This document shows positions 9,377-17,840 of a stretch of DNA of 30,108 bases, in pieces. The notes under the pieces were generated by a model. That model saw only the letters and a list, made by a program, of their open reading frames with translations. It did no database searches and was not told the origin of the DNA. The stretch is from an archaeon (lineage in GTDB: Archaea > Iainarchaeota > Iainarchaeia > Iainarchaeales > 1-14-0-10-31-34), in NCBI GenBank assembly GCA_043819075.1, contig JBDRFE010000025.1:1-30108 (forward strand), in the 5' to 3' direction. A program made the translations under genes and the position numbers. Position 1 is the stretch's first letter; every line of letters starts with the position of its first letter.

Positions 9377-10504
9377 TCATTTTTTTGCAAAAAATTTCTG
9401 CAACGAATCCTTGGGAACCTTTAATGAAATAAAACGGCTTTTTCCCCTGGGCTTTACTTCAAGCAATGGCGCAGAAATTAAATTCATTGACTCAAGCTTT
9501 GAAATAACTGCACGAAACTGCCTTAACTCCAAATGGTTTTTTGCCTTTGAATACTCGTCGAATAAGTTGCCTGAAAAAATTCCGTCAGAAAAAGAAATTA
9601 ATTCAAGAATTGCTTTTTCCTGCGCTAAAAGGAAAGGAAAAGTTTTTGACAAAACAGCTGAATCCATCACAGCAAAAGCTTTTTTCAAATGCACAACAGA
9701 AACCTTTGATGCATTCTCTTTTTCCGCAAGCCTTCCTGCCTTTAAAAGCGATTCAATTCCAGTTCTTGCGTCACCGCCTAATTTAGCTGAATGCGCTGCA
9801 GCAACATTAATCACATCTTTTTCTAATGCGTCTTCAAAAAAAGCAATTGAAGCCCTTTCTTTCAGAATGTCCTTTAATTGTTCAGGAGAATATTTTTCAA
9901 AAACAATTGATTCCTCTGATAAACTGCTTTTAACCCTTGAATCAAGTGAAGACGTAAGATCAAAATTATTTGAAATAAAAATCAATCCTAAACGGATTTT
10001 CCCTGATTCAATAATCCTTAACAAGTCATACAAAAGCTTTGAGCCCTCTTCTTTCAAAAGCAACTGGTCGGCTTCATCAAAAACAATTATCGGAATAAAA
10101 CCGCATTTTTTAAGGTAATCAACCATTTTAGAATAAATTTCATCTGATGCAAGCCCTCTTCTGGGAATTGCGGCACCGACAAAATTCGCAATCAAAGACA
10201 AAACAGAATTCCTTGAATTGAATTCAAAACAGTTAATGTACAGGCTTTTAGCCCTTCCGGAGATTTCCTCTAACTGGGATAAAACAAATTTAGCTGAAAC
10301 AGTTTTGCCGGTTCCAGGAGAGCCAAGGACAACAGCATTAACAGGTTTTTTCCCTGAAAGAACCGGCTTGAAACAAAAAGCAATTGCATCAATTTCTTTT
10401 TCACGATGAGGAAGCTTTTCAGGAAGGAATTCAGGATACAAAGCCCTTTCATCCTTAAAAATTTCATTGGCTTTAAAACGCCCTGAAAAAATATTTTCCT
10501 TCAT
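9377..10504 (-). CDS. cdc6: Orc1/Cdc6 replication initiation protein
   Basis: PEKLPHREKEI, Walker A GSPGTGKT, YINC, Walker B FDEAD, YSPEQLKDILKER, GDAR, C-terminal wHTH (PRGKSRFI). Confidence 0.95.
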   Translation of the reverse strand: MKENIFSGRFKANEIFKDERALYPEFLPEKLPHREKEIDAIAFCFKPVLSGKKPVNAVVLGSPGTGKTVSAKFVLSQLEEISGRAKSLYINCFEFNSRNSVLSLIANFVGAAIPRRGLASDEIYSKMVDYLKKCGFIPIIVFDEADQLLLKEEGSKLLYDLLRIIESGKIRLGLIFISNNFDLTSSLDSRVKSSLSEESIVFEKYSPEQLKDILKERASIAFFEDALEKDVINVAAAHSAKLGGDARTGIESLLKAGRLAEKENASKVSVVHLKKAFAVMDSAVLSKTFPFLLAQEKAILELISFSDGIFSGNLFDEYSKAKNHLELRQFRAVISKLESMNLISAPLLEVKPRGKSRFISLKVPKDSLQKFFAKK

Positions 10505-10604
10505 AACAAAAAAATAAACGCAACAAAATCTTAAACCAAGCAGTTCATTCGGCAGAAAAAACAGAAAAAGAAAGAAAATATATTAAATATATAAAAAATA
10601 TATA

Positions 10605-11912
10605 CTACTTTTTTTCCTTGAAATTTATTACTTTTCCTGCTGAATCAAGCCTGAAATCAAATAATTCCCTGTTGATTTCAACTACCGCAAACCATTCATT
10701 TTCTTTTTTTTCAAGGGAATTAATCTGAAACCTGTTTTTTGTCCCTAATTCCTCGCCCAAAAATTCAAGCAACAGGTTAAACACTTCATTGTATTCAGCG
10801 TCCTTCAAGTATTTGTCTGAAAGCTTTTTTGTTTCTATTTTCCTTTTCTTTTTAATTTCTTCTTTTTTCGGCCTCATCTTTATTTCTGTTACTTTTGAAA
10901 CCAGTTCAGTTAATGCCTCTTTTCCCTGCCTTTCCACTTCAAAGTCTTGTTTGTTTTTTATTGCTGAATCAAGCAATGAAAGAATTGGCCTGGTTTTTTT
11001 CCCTGAAAAAAAGCCTAGCTTCCTTGAAGAAATGCTTCCGAGTGGGAGAAAAATTTTTGCTTTTGAGGAAATCTCGTTGAATTCAGGGGAAATGTTTTCA
11101 AGCAACGCCCTGGTGTCTTTTGAGGGAAAGTCATTTTTTATTGATTCAATAAAAAAAACACTTTGCCAGCAGACAAGATAATGTGAAACAAAAGAAGAAT
11201 AAAAAATTAACAGCAACAAGAAAAGAAGGGCATAAAACAACGAAATCAGGGAAAGGGGAAAAAACTGCATGAAAGGGCTGAAAACAAAAAACAAGACTGC
11301 ATAAGACAAAAAGAAAAACACATAAGAAAGGATTTGCATTGCAAAAACCTGGAATAAAATGCTGTTTTTTTTCTGGTAAAACATCACTAATGAATCCCTC
11401 AGCGAAGTGTAATGGTCAACTGCAGGGTCGGCAAAAACAGAGGAAATCACTGCAGAAAAAATCGCTGAATCCACGTTTGGAATAAAACTCACAAAACCTA
11501 AAGCACCGTAAAAAGTTCTTATAGCATTTTTTGTTGTTTTTTCGAATTGCCTGAATTTTTCCAGCGAAGAAAACTTTTTCTTTATTAAATTGAATCCAAA
11601 AGAAGCCTGGCTTGTAATTGGAATGATTCTGTCAAAAATGAACTCAGAGACAACAACTGATTCAGATGAAGACAAAACATAAAGAATTCTTTTTCTGAAA
11701 AAACTCCAGTAAAAAAGAAAAACAAGAAACCCTAAAACAAGGAAGACATCAGGAAAAGGATAGCCTAATCCGAAAAAGCCTGGGGCAAGAATGAAAAAAA
11801 GCCATAACACTGCTGAAAACAATGCAAAGTAAAGCAGTGGAATAAGCCTTGCAATAACAAAAGAAAATGTTTCAGCGAAAACCCTGAATGCCTTAAAAAA
11901 ATGAAAAGCCAT
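10605..11912 (-). CDS. Hypothetical polytopic membrane protein with soluble C-terminal domain
   Basis: Two pairs of hydrophobic helices and a charged C-terminal region. Start is ATG 11912 or 11927. Confidence 0.7.
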   Translation of the reverse strand: MAFHFFKAFRVFAETFSFVIARLIPLLYFALFSAVLWLFFILAPGFFGLGYPFPDVFLVLGFLVFLFYWSFFRKRILYVLSSSESVVVSEFIFDRIIPITSQASFGFNLIKKKFSSLEKFRQFEKTTKNAIRTFYGALGFVSFIPNVDSAIFSAVISSVFADPAVDHYTSLRDSLVMFYQKKNSILFQVFAMQILSYVFFFLSYAVLFFVFSPFMQFFPLSLISLFYALLFLLLLIFYSSFVSHYLVCWQSVFFIESIKNDFPSKDTRALLENISPEFNEISSKAKIFLPLGSISSRKLGFFSGKKTRPILSLLDSAIKNKQDFEVERQGKEALTELVSKVTEIKMRPKKEEIKKKRKIETKKLSDKYLKDAEYNEVFNLLLEFLGEELGTKNRFQINSLEKKENEWFAVVEINRELFDFRLDSAGKVINFKEKK

Positions 11913-11966
11913 AAGCTTAATACGCATAAAAAGTATTTAAGTTTTCTCTTGAACACGGCTTTTCCA

Positions 11967-12851
11967 TTAAGCTATCAAAACCGCGCCTAAAAACATCAGG
12001 GTTATTGCAAGCAGCTTAAAAAAGACTGTTTTCCTGCTAATGTCTTCTTTCAGGATAGAAGGGTAAAAAAAACTTATTAACACAGTGAAAAACAGCACAA
12101 AAAACGGCTGGACTGAAAGCATGGCGCTTACAAGAGAGGCAAAACCATAAGACAACGCAAGAGTAAGGAAAAAATAACCTGTTAAGCCAAGGCACTCGCT
12201 GAAAGAAATCAATGCAATTGCCTTCCTGCCGTGCTCTTCAGCAGTTTTCACAAGATCTGAAAAATTAAGAAAATAAAACGGAAACAAAACAACAAGCATT
12301 CCAATCCTTTCAATTGAAAAAACAGTCCAGACATCAGCAAAATCCAGAACAAATTTAACCAAAACAGTTTGAATTGCGCAAAATAAAACACAAACAAACA
12401 AAGGAAAAAGAAATTTTCTTGAACGCAGGTTAACTGACCCCTTAAAAGAAATCAGCATTGCGCCGAACACCAGCAGGAAAATCCCTGCATATTTTAATAA
12501 AGTGAAAGTTTCGCCCAAAAAAACCGAGGCAATAACAAGGACAAACAAAGGGTCAAAATAAAAAAGAGGGATTACAACTGAAACATCCTCAATCTTAACC
12601 AGCTTGAAATAAAGCAGATTTGAAAGCGCAAAAAATGCGCCTGCAAGCAGAACAACAAAAACATTGAATGAAGACAGTTCACTGAACCCGTGAAAAAAAT
12701 AAATCAGCAACACTACAGGAATGCTTACAAGTCCCAGAACAAGCATTGGAATTATCGGATTCTTAACCCATTTGCTCATTACAAACTTGTCTATAACATT
12801 TGTTGCGGCAAAAATAATTGCTGAAAGAACCGAAAAAACAATCCAAAGCAT
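11967..12851 (-). CDS. EamA/DMT-family transporter
   Basis: About 10 TM helices in two repeats; motifs AIIFAATNVIDK, LVIASVFLGE, GIFLLVFGAMLIS, QPFFVLFF. Confidence 0.88.
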   Translation of the reverse strand: MLWIVFSVLSAIIFAATNVIDKFVMSKWVKNPIIPMLVLGLVSIPVVLLIYFFHGFSELSSFNVFVVLLAGAFFALSNLLYFKLVKIEDVSVVIPLFYFDPLFVLVIASVFLGETFTLLKYAGIFLLVFGAMLISFKGSVNLRSRKFLFPLFVCVLFCAIQTVLVKFVLDFADVWTVFSIERIGMLVVLFPFYFLNFSDLVKTAEEHGRKAIALISFSECLGLTGYFFLTLALSYGFASLVSAMLSVQPFFVLFFTVLISFFYPSILKEDISRKTVFFKLLAITLMFLGAVLIA

Positions 12852-12936
12852 AACTTAAAACAGGGAAAAAAGAATAAATGCCTTTACCTTAGCAAAATGA
12901 AAAATTTTTAAACTGCTTTAAACTGAAGATATAAGA

Positions 12937-13530
12937 ATGAATGAAATAACAATAGGCAAAGAAGAGTTCAGGGCACTCAGTTCAGACACAAGAATCAGCA
13001 TAGTAAAACTGCTCAATCAAAGAAACTACACTTTAAGCGAATTATCAGCAAAACTCAGCATGAGCTCTCCCACAATAAAACAGCACCTTGAAACACTGGT
13101 TAACTCTGATTTAATTGAACAAAAAGATGAAGGCAGGAAATGGAAATACTACTGCCTGACAAGAAAAGGAAAAAAACTTTTAAGGCCTGAAAGCACGCCA
13201 AATGTAATGATTCTTTTAGTAACAAGCGTTCTTGGAATAATGTTTTTGGTTTACATGCTTTTTGGAACAGGAATTGATATTCCAATGCTTGCAGCAGAAC
13301 AGGGAACAGAAAAAATGAATGCAAATGATTCTCTTGCAGTTGCAACAGGAGCAACAGAATACACGACAAAAGAAAGTGCAAGAAACACTGATGAAACAAT
13401 CCAGCCAGACTCCGGAACAGGGAACGGCTTTCCTGCAGAAAAAACAGGAATAATTCTTGCATTAATTGCCGTCTCTTTTATTGCAGGCTTTCTTGCTTCA
13501 AAGGCAACAAAAAAAAGGCAAGCAATTTAG
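12937..13530 (+). CDS. Membrane-anchored ArsR-family winged-helix transcription regulator
   Basis: FRALSSDTRISIVKLL...LSELSAKLSMSSPTIKQHLETLVNSDLI...KWKYYCLT followed by two TM helices separated by a ~55-aa polar loop. Confidence 0.85.
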   Translation: MNEITIGKEEFRALSSDTRISIVKLLNQRNYTLSELSAKLSMSSPTIKQHLETLVNSDLIEQKDEGRKWKYYCLTRKGKKLLRPESTPNVMILLVTSVLGIMFLVYMLFGTGIDIPMLAAEQGTEKMNANDSLAVATGATEYTTKESARNTDETIQPDSGTGNGFPAEKTGIILALIAVSFIAGFLASKATKKRQAI

Positions 13531-13562
13531 TTCGACAATCAACGTTAGAAAAACTATTTAAG
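13531..13562 (+). promoter_or_regulatory. Promoter of the left pilin operon: shared 16-bp upstream motif plus BRE/TATA
   Basis: TTCGACAATCAACGTT (13531-13546), then AGAAAAACTATTTAAG; ATG at 13585. Confidence 0.6.
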
Positions 13563-13584
13563 CGCTTTTGCATTCAATCCGGAA

Positions 13585-14145
13585 ATGAGCCAAAAAGGAT
13601 TAATCAGCTTTGTTTTAGTGCTTGCTTTTATTGCAGTTTATTTTTCCCTTGTTTTTTCGCTGAACTCGTTTAACTCAGAAAAAAATTTCACTGAAGCAAA
13701 ACTGGTTGAAATAGAAAACAACTCTTTCAAAAGAAACCTGCTGGAAAACGCTGTTGACTCATTAATTGAAGAAACAATGCAGGAAGAAATAGCTTTTGGC
13801 TCTGATGACCCTGAAAAAATAAATGAAAAAATTTCGGCAAAACTTTTTGAACTGTTTTCCGGAATGGAAGAAAAGGGAACTGAATTCAAGGAAACGTTGT
13901 CAGGAAAAAAATACAGTGAAACAGAAATAAAAGGGGAAAAAATATCAAAAAAATTTATAAAAGAAAACAGCAAAACAATTGTTTTCAGCCTTGAAAACAG
14001 GCTTTATGAAGTGCAATTTATTTTTACCGGAGGAATAAACAAAAACAATTTGGCGGGGGCTGAAATAAAAGAAAATTCTTCAACACAAAAATTTTTTATT
14101 CCACTGGATTACACTGTAAAAATAGTTTCCCTGAGGCTTGTATGA
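13585..14145 (+). CDS. Type IV pilin-like protein (class III signal peptide)
   Basis: MSQKG|LISFVLVLAFIAVYF: short basic leader, KG, then a hydrophobic helix; first of four overlapping ORFs. Confidence 0.65.
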   Translation: MSQKGLISFVLVLAFIAVYFSLVFSLNSFNSEKNFTEAKLVEIENNSFKRNLLENAVDSLIEETMQEEIAFGSDDPEKINEKISAKLFELFSGMEEKGTEFKETLSGKKYSETEIKGEKISKKFIKENSKTIVFSLENRLYEVQFIFTGGINKNNLAGAEIKENSSTQKFFIPLDYTVKIVSLRLV

Positions 14146-14495
14146 AAAAAGGGATAATCAGTTTTGAAGCAACAATCCTGCTGCTGGCTTATTTCCTGTT
14201 TATTGGAATTATAGTTGGCTCGCTTTCAGAAGCAAACAATACTGCAGAAGAAAAAACAAGCCTTGTTGCGGCTAAAACAGATGTATTCAAGTGCGCAGTG
14301 ATTGCTGATTCAATTTACTCTAATTCAGGAGGAAGCATTGGAATAAAAGAAAACTGTTTTTTTAGCGAAAGGAAAATGAAAAGCACAATAAACGGCCAGA
14401 GCGCAGAAGAAAAAACCATGACAGAAAAAATAACTAACTCAGAAAAAGGAATTGAAATAGGGGTTGAAGACCATTACAGGCAAAGGGATAATTGA
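14142..14495 (+). CDS. Type IV pilin-like protein (class III signal peptide)
   Basis: MKKG|IISFEATILLLAYFLF with Glu at +5. Confidence 0.75.
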   Translation: MKKGIISFEATILLLAYFLFIGIIVGSLSEANNTAEEKTSLVAAKTDVFKCAVIADSIYSNSGGSIGIKENCFFSERKMKSTINGQSAEEKTMTEKITNSEKGIEIGVEDHYRQRDN

Positions 14496-14913
14496 AGCAG
14501 ACTTCATTGCCGCGACAGCAATAATCCTGTTAATGGCTTTGCTGATGATGCAGTCGCTTAACCAGGCAGTTAAAGATGAAAGCGAGACAAAAAACCTGTT
14601 TTACCTGAAATCAAAAGCATTGTTTTTTGCCGACTCGCTTGTAAAAAACTCTAATACAGAAGAGCCTGAAAAAGGAATTGCTTTTTACAGCAGTGAAAAA
14701 AAAAGGGTTGAAGAAAATGTTATTGACTTTGATTTAGCTGAAAAAATAAAAGAAGAAAGTTTTCCTGAACTGCTGAAAGAAATTAGAATTGAATCCAGCG
14801 GGCAAAAAATTGTTTTCGGGAAAAAAACAGGAAACTGTTTTGAGGCAAGAAGATTTGTTTTAATCATGCAGACAGGGAAAAAAGGGGTTGTATTTGTTTC
14901 AGCCTGCAGTTAA
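14464..14913 (+). CDS. Type IV pilin-like protein (class III signal peptide)
   Basis: TTG start; ...GKG|IIEADFIAATAIILLM with acidic residue at +5. Confidence 0.7.
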   Translation: MKTITGKGIIEADFIAATAIILLMALLMMQSLNQAVKDESETKNLFYLKSKALFFADSLVKNSNTEEPEKGIAFYSSEKKRVEENVIDFDLAEKIKEESFPELLKEIRIESSGQKIVFGKKTGNCFEARRFVLIMQTGKKGVVFVSACS

Positions 14914-15256
14914 AGAAAAAGGCTTCAGCTTTACGTTTGAAGCAGCATTAAGCATGATTATTCTTGTAATCATTATTTCCATTCCGGTTCAAAGCGAACC
15001 GGGAAAACTGGAAAAAATTTATGTGCTTCAAAAAGAAAACGACTTAATTAAAGTCTGGGTTAAAGAAAAAGAATTCAATGAAAATGAAATGAAAAAAGAT
15101 TTCAGGGAAATGTTTCTTTCAGAGAAAGGAGAAATAACAGTTGAAGGCAAAAAAATCGGAATAGATGGAAAAACCGGAAATACAATAATAAAAAGTTCTG
15201 GCTTTTATTACAGGAACGGGAAACTCGACGAAATTTCAGTGAAAGTTTTTGTGTGA
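14888..15256 (+). CDS. Type IV pilin-like protein (class III signal peptide)
   Basis: ...KEKG|FSFTFEAALSMIILVIII; start codon uncertain (TTG 14888 or 14894). Confidence 0.7.
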   Translation: MYLFQPAVKEKGFSFTFEAALSMIILVIIISIPVQSEPGKLEKIYVLQKENDLIKVWVKEKEFNENEMKKDFREMFLSEKGEITVEGKKIGIDGKTGNTIIKSSGFYYRNGKLDEISVKVFV

Positions 15257-16357
15257 ACTGCTTGCAGTGTCTTCAATGATTTCGTCCATTGATTTCTTTC
15301 TTTGCTTCATTGAAAATTTTCCTTTTTCTGTTTCATTCAAGGCATTTCTCCCAAAAGTCTTTCTCAGCGAGGAATCCTCTATCAAAAGAGAAGTTTTTTC
15401 AGTTAACTTGGAAACAATTTTTGTTTTATCAAGTTTTTTTGATTCAGAAAAAAAACTGTAAGGGTTCAGAAAAAGCTTTTTATGATACCAGTCAGGGAAG
15501 CGAATGAGAAAACCTGTTTTGTTGTCCTGGTTTATTTCAGGCAAAGCCATTACATCAGATGAAACAACAGGAATTGAACTGGAAAAAGCCTGTAATGCAG
15601 TGAAACCAAATGACTCCATCAAAGAAGGCATTAAAAGAATGTCATTTTCCGGAAGGATTTTTTCAGAAAAATCTTTTGCTGAAGCAAAACCAAAATTTAT
15701 TTCAGGAAACATTTTTTTTGTTTTTTCGGAAAAGTTGCCAAAACAGTTTAATTCAACATCAAATTTTTTCCTGAGCTCCCTGAAAGCGGGAAAAACGAAT
15801 TCTGTTCCCTTGTACACAGGGTTTGTTGCAACAAACAACAATGAAATTTTTTCTTTTTCCTTTCTTTTTCTTTCTGAAGGGTTAACTGCAGGGTAACATA
15901 CAGTTGTTTTTTCTTCAAGTTTTTTTCCGCCGAAAAAAACAATTGTTTTTTTTGAGTATTCGCTCCATGGAACTATTTTTTTGCAGTAAGAGTTTGAAAT
16001 ACCTTTTTTTATTATGTTTTTTGCAAGAAAATGCATTTTGCCTGAAAAAAAATCATTTTTGTGGAAAAAACTGTAAAAAGCGTTAAGGTAATGAAATTCC
16101 TCAACATCAGCTATCCACGGGATTTTATTCAGCGGAAAAACCTTGAAAGCGTAAATAAGTTCAATGCTGTTTTCTTCAATCAGTTTTTTCGGATAATAAA
16201 CAAAATTAATGAAAGGAAAAAAAGGGTATGGAAGGCAGTGCCTTGAAGAATTAAGGAAAGGCTTTTCCCGCGGAATAGAAAAAATTTTTTTATTTGAACC
16301 ATTTAAGAAATCAAATGCTTCTGTCCTTATGTCAAGGCCGTCAAAAAAAATGTTCAT
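15236..16357 (-). CDS. GT4-family (GT-B) glycosyltransferase
   Basis: LLFVA...KG, DILLMPSLMESFGFTALQAFSSSIPVVSSDVMALPEI, TGFLI. Confidence 0.9.
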   Translation of the reverse strand: MNIFFDGLDIRTEAFDFLNGSNKKIFSIPREKPFLNSSRHCLPYPFFPFINFVYYPKKLIEENSIELIYAFKVFPLNKIPWIADVEEFHYLNAFYSFFHKNDFFSGKMHFLAKNIIKKGISNSYCKKIVPWSEYSKKTIVFFGGKKLEEKTTVCYPAVNPSERKRKEKEKISLLFVATNPVYKGTEFVFPAFRELRKKFDVELNCFGNFSEKTKKMFPEINFGFASAKDFSEKILPENDILLMPSLMESFGFTALQAFSSSIPVVSSDVMALPEINQDNKTGFLIRFPDWYHKKLFLNPYSFFSESKKLDKTKIVSKLTEKTSLLIEDSSLRKTFGRNALNETEKGKFSMKQRKKSMDEIIEDTASSSHKNFH

Positions 16358-16380
16358 AAAAAAATTGCATTATTCTGGCT

Positions 16381-16791
16381 TTAAACCTGCTGGATTTCAG
16401 TTAAAATTCCCTGCTCTGTTTTAGTAAGAACAAAAACAGTTTTTTCGCTGAAAGAATGCTCAAATGGAACAAGATTGAACTGCCCTGAAAAAAAAGTTTT
16501 CTTTTTGCCGTATTTTTCAAGCAAAACAGTTGCCTCCAAAGAATTTGAATCAGCTTTTACCCGCCATTCAAGCAATGGCTCTGCAGTAATGCTTAAGCTT
16601 GATTCAGTGCTCATTGAATTCAGTTCAGCTGATGCAGCAGAAAAAGAATCAGAAAAATCTTTTGCCTTTAAGGCGTCTAATGCATAAATGCCCAAAAAAA
16701 ATGTTTTTGAGATAACCGGAGTGAACAACAGCATTACCGAAAAAAACACTGACATTAAAAGGATTAATTCAAGTGAAGCCTGGGCTTTCAT
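16381..16791 (-). CDS. Pilin-like protein with QxSxE class III signal peptide
   Basis: MKA|QASLELILLMSVFFSVMLLF. Confidence 0.8.
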   Translation of the reverse strand: MKAQASLELILLMSVFFSVMLLFTPVISKTFFLGIYALDALKAKDFSDSFSAASAELNSMSTESSLSITAEPLLEWRVKADSNSLEATVLLEKYGKKKTFFSGQFNLVPFEHSFSEKTVFVLTKTEQGILTEIQQV

Positions 16792-16955
16792 TTAATGTCA
16801 CTTATTTCATCAAAAATGCGGTCAGCTTTTTTTTCTATTACTTCTGCGCCTTTGGTACCGGTTTTCTGCAATTGTGTTACTAAAATTAATGCAACTGCAA
16901 CAACTGCTGCAAGCAGTACAATCATTTCAACTGAAACCTGAGCTTTGTTTTCCAT
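16788..16955 (-). CDS. 55-aa minimal pilin with QxSxE class III signal peptide (DUF361-like)
   Basis: Absent from the ORF track. Manual translation: MENKA|QVSVEMIVLLAAVVAVALILVTQLQKTGTKGAEVIEKKADRIFDEISDIK*. ATGA overlap with the next gene. Confidence 0.88.
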   Translation of the reverse strand: MENKAQVSVEMIVLLAAVVAVALILVTQLQKTGTKGAEVIEKKADRIFDEISDIK

Positions 16956-16978
16956 GAAAAAAAACCTTTCAGGAAAGG

Positions 16979-17010
16979 AATAAAAACAGTTTTCAACGTT
17001 AATTGACGAA
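16979..17010 (-). promoter_or_regulatory. Promoter of the right pilin operon: shared 16-bp upstream motif plus BRE/TATA
   Basis: Minus strand TTCGTCAATTAACGTT (17010-16995), then GAAAACTGTTTTTATT; ATG at 16955. Confidence 0.6.
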
Positions 17011-17090
17011 AAACAATAAGAAAAAGCAAATGGTTTTATTGCTTTAGTTCAGAAGTTATTTAACAAACAAAAACTAATTTTGTGATTTAA

Positions 17091-17774
17091 ATGGTTTCAA
17101 GAGAAACAAAAGATATTGCGATTGCATGGATTGCCTTAAGCGTGGCTTTTGCCTTGGCTTTCAGCAACCTTAACTTAATTGGGGTTATTTCAGGAAACTT
17201 TTTGCAGGCAGTTCCGTTGTTTATTGTAATGTTTCCTGTTTCATTGTTTGTTGTGGGAACAGCTTTTGTTTTCCACGAACTAGGCCACAGGAATGTTGCA
17301 AGGCATTTTAATTTTGTCGCTGAATTCAGGAAATGGAATCAGGGATTAATGATTGCATTAGGCTTTGCTTTTCTCATAGGAGCAATTTTTGCCGCACCAG
17401 GAGCAGTTTACATTGGCGGGAAAAAGAAAAAAAACTGGGATGAACAGTCAAAATGGGATTCAGAGTATCCAGAGTATGCTTCTTCAAATGATGAATCAAA
17501 TGAATTAGGGTTAATTTCTGTTGCAGGAGTAGTAATCAATATAATTCTTGGATTTGTTTTTCTTGGATTGCTGTTGTTTTTGCCTTCTTTTGGGGCGTTT
17601 GACTTTATTCTTAAAATGGTTTTCAGTTTAGGCTATACAATAAATTTTATTCTGGCAGGGTTTAACCTGCTTCCATTCGGCCCGTTAGACGGAAAAAAAG
17701 TAATGCAATGGAATCCAATAATTTGGGGAATACTGTTTTTGCCTATTGCAGCATGGTATTTCTTTTTTTTGTAA
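17091..17774 (+). CDS. Site-2 protease (peptidase M50) family intramembrane metalloprotease
   Basis: HELGH zinc motif, FAAPGAVYI, FNLLPFGPLDG; multiple TM helices. Confidence 0.93.
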   Translation: MVSRETKDIAIAWIALSVAFALAFSNLNLIGVISGNFLQAVPLFIVMFPVSLFVVGTAFVFHELGHRNVARHFNFVAEFRKWNQGLMIALGFAFLIGAIFAAPGAVYIGGKKKKNWDEQSKWDSEYPEYASSNDESNELGLISVAGVVINIILGFVFLGLLLFLPSFGAFDFILKMVFSLGYTINFILAGFNLLPFGPLDGKKVMQWNPIIWGILFLPIAAWYFFFL

Positions 17775-17780
17775 AACAGT

Positions 17781-17828
17781 TCAGCCCACATAATTTGGCT
17801 TGAAAACAGAATAATGCTGGGCAAACAT
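17781..17828 (-). other. Synonymously recoded copy of the cdc48 3' end; potential 15-aa micro-[18 protein letters not shown]
   Basis: ATG TTT GCC CAG CAT TAT TCT GTT TTC AAG CCA AAT TAT GTG GGC TGA, 60 bp downstream of and in frame with the equivalent cdc48 codons. Confidence 0.8.
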
Positions 17829-17840
17829 TTTAGGAATACT

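Noticed and set aside
9180..10118. 312-aa plus-strand ORF
   Set aside because: Antisense shadow of cdc6 with Ser/Phe-rich composition and no recognisable motifs.
10505..10604. Canonical ORB-containing replication origin next to cdc6
   Set aside because: No TTCCAxTGGAA-like or G-string ORB repeats were found on either side of cdc6.
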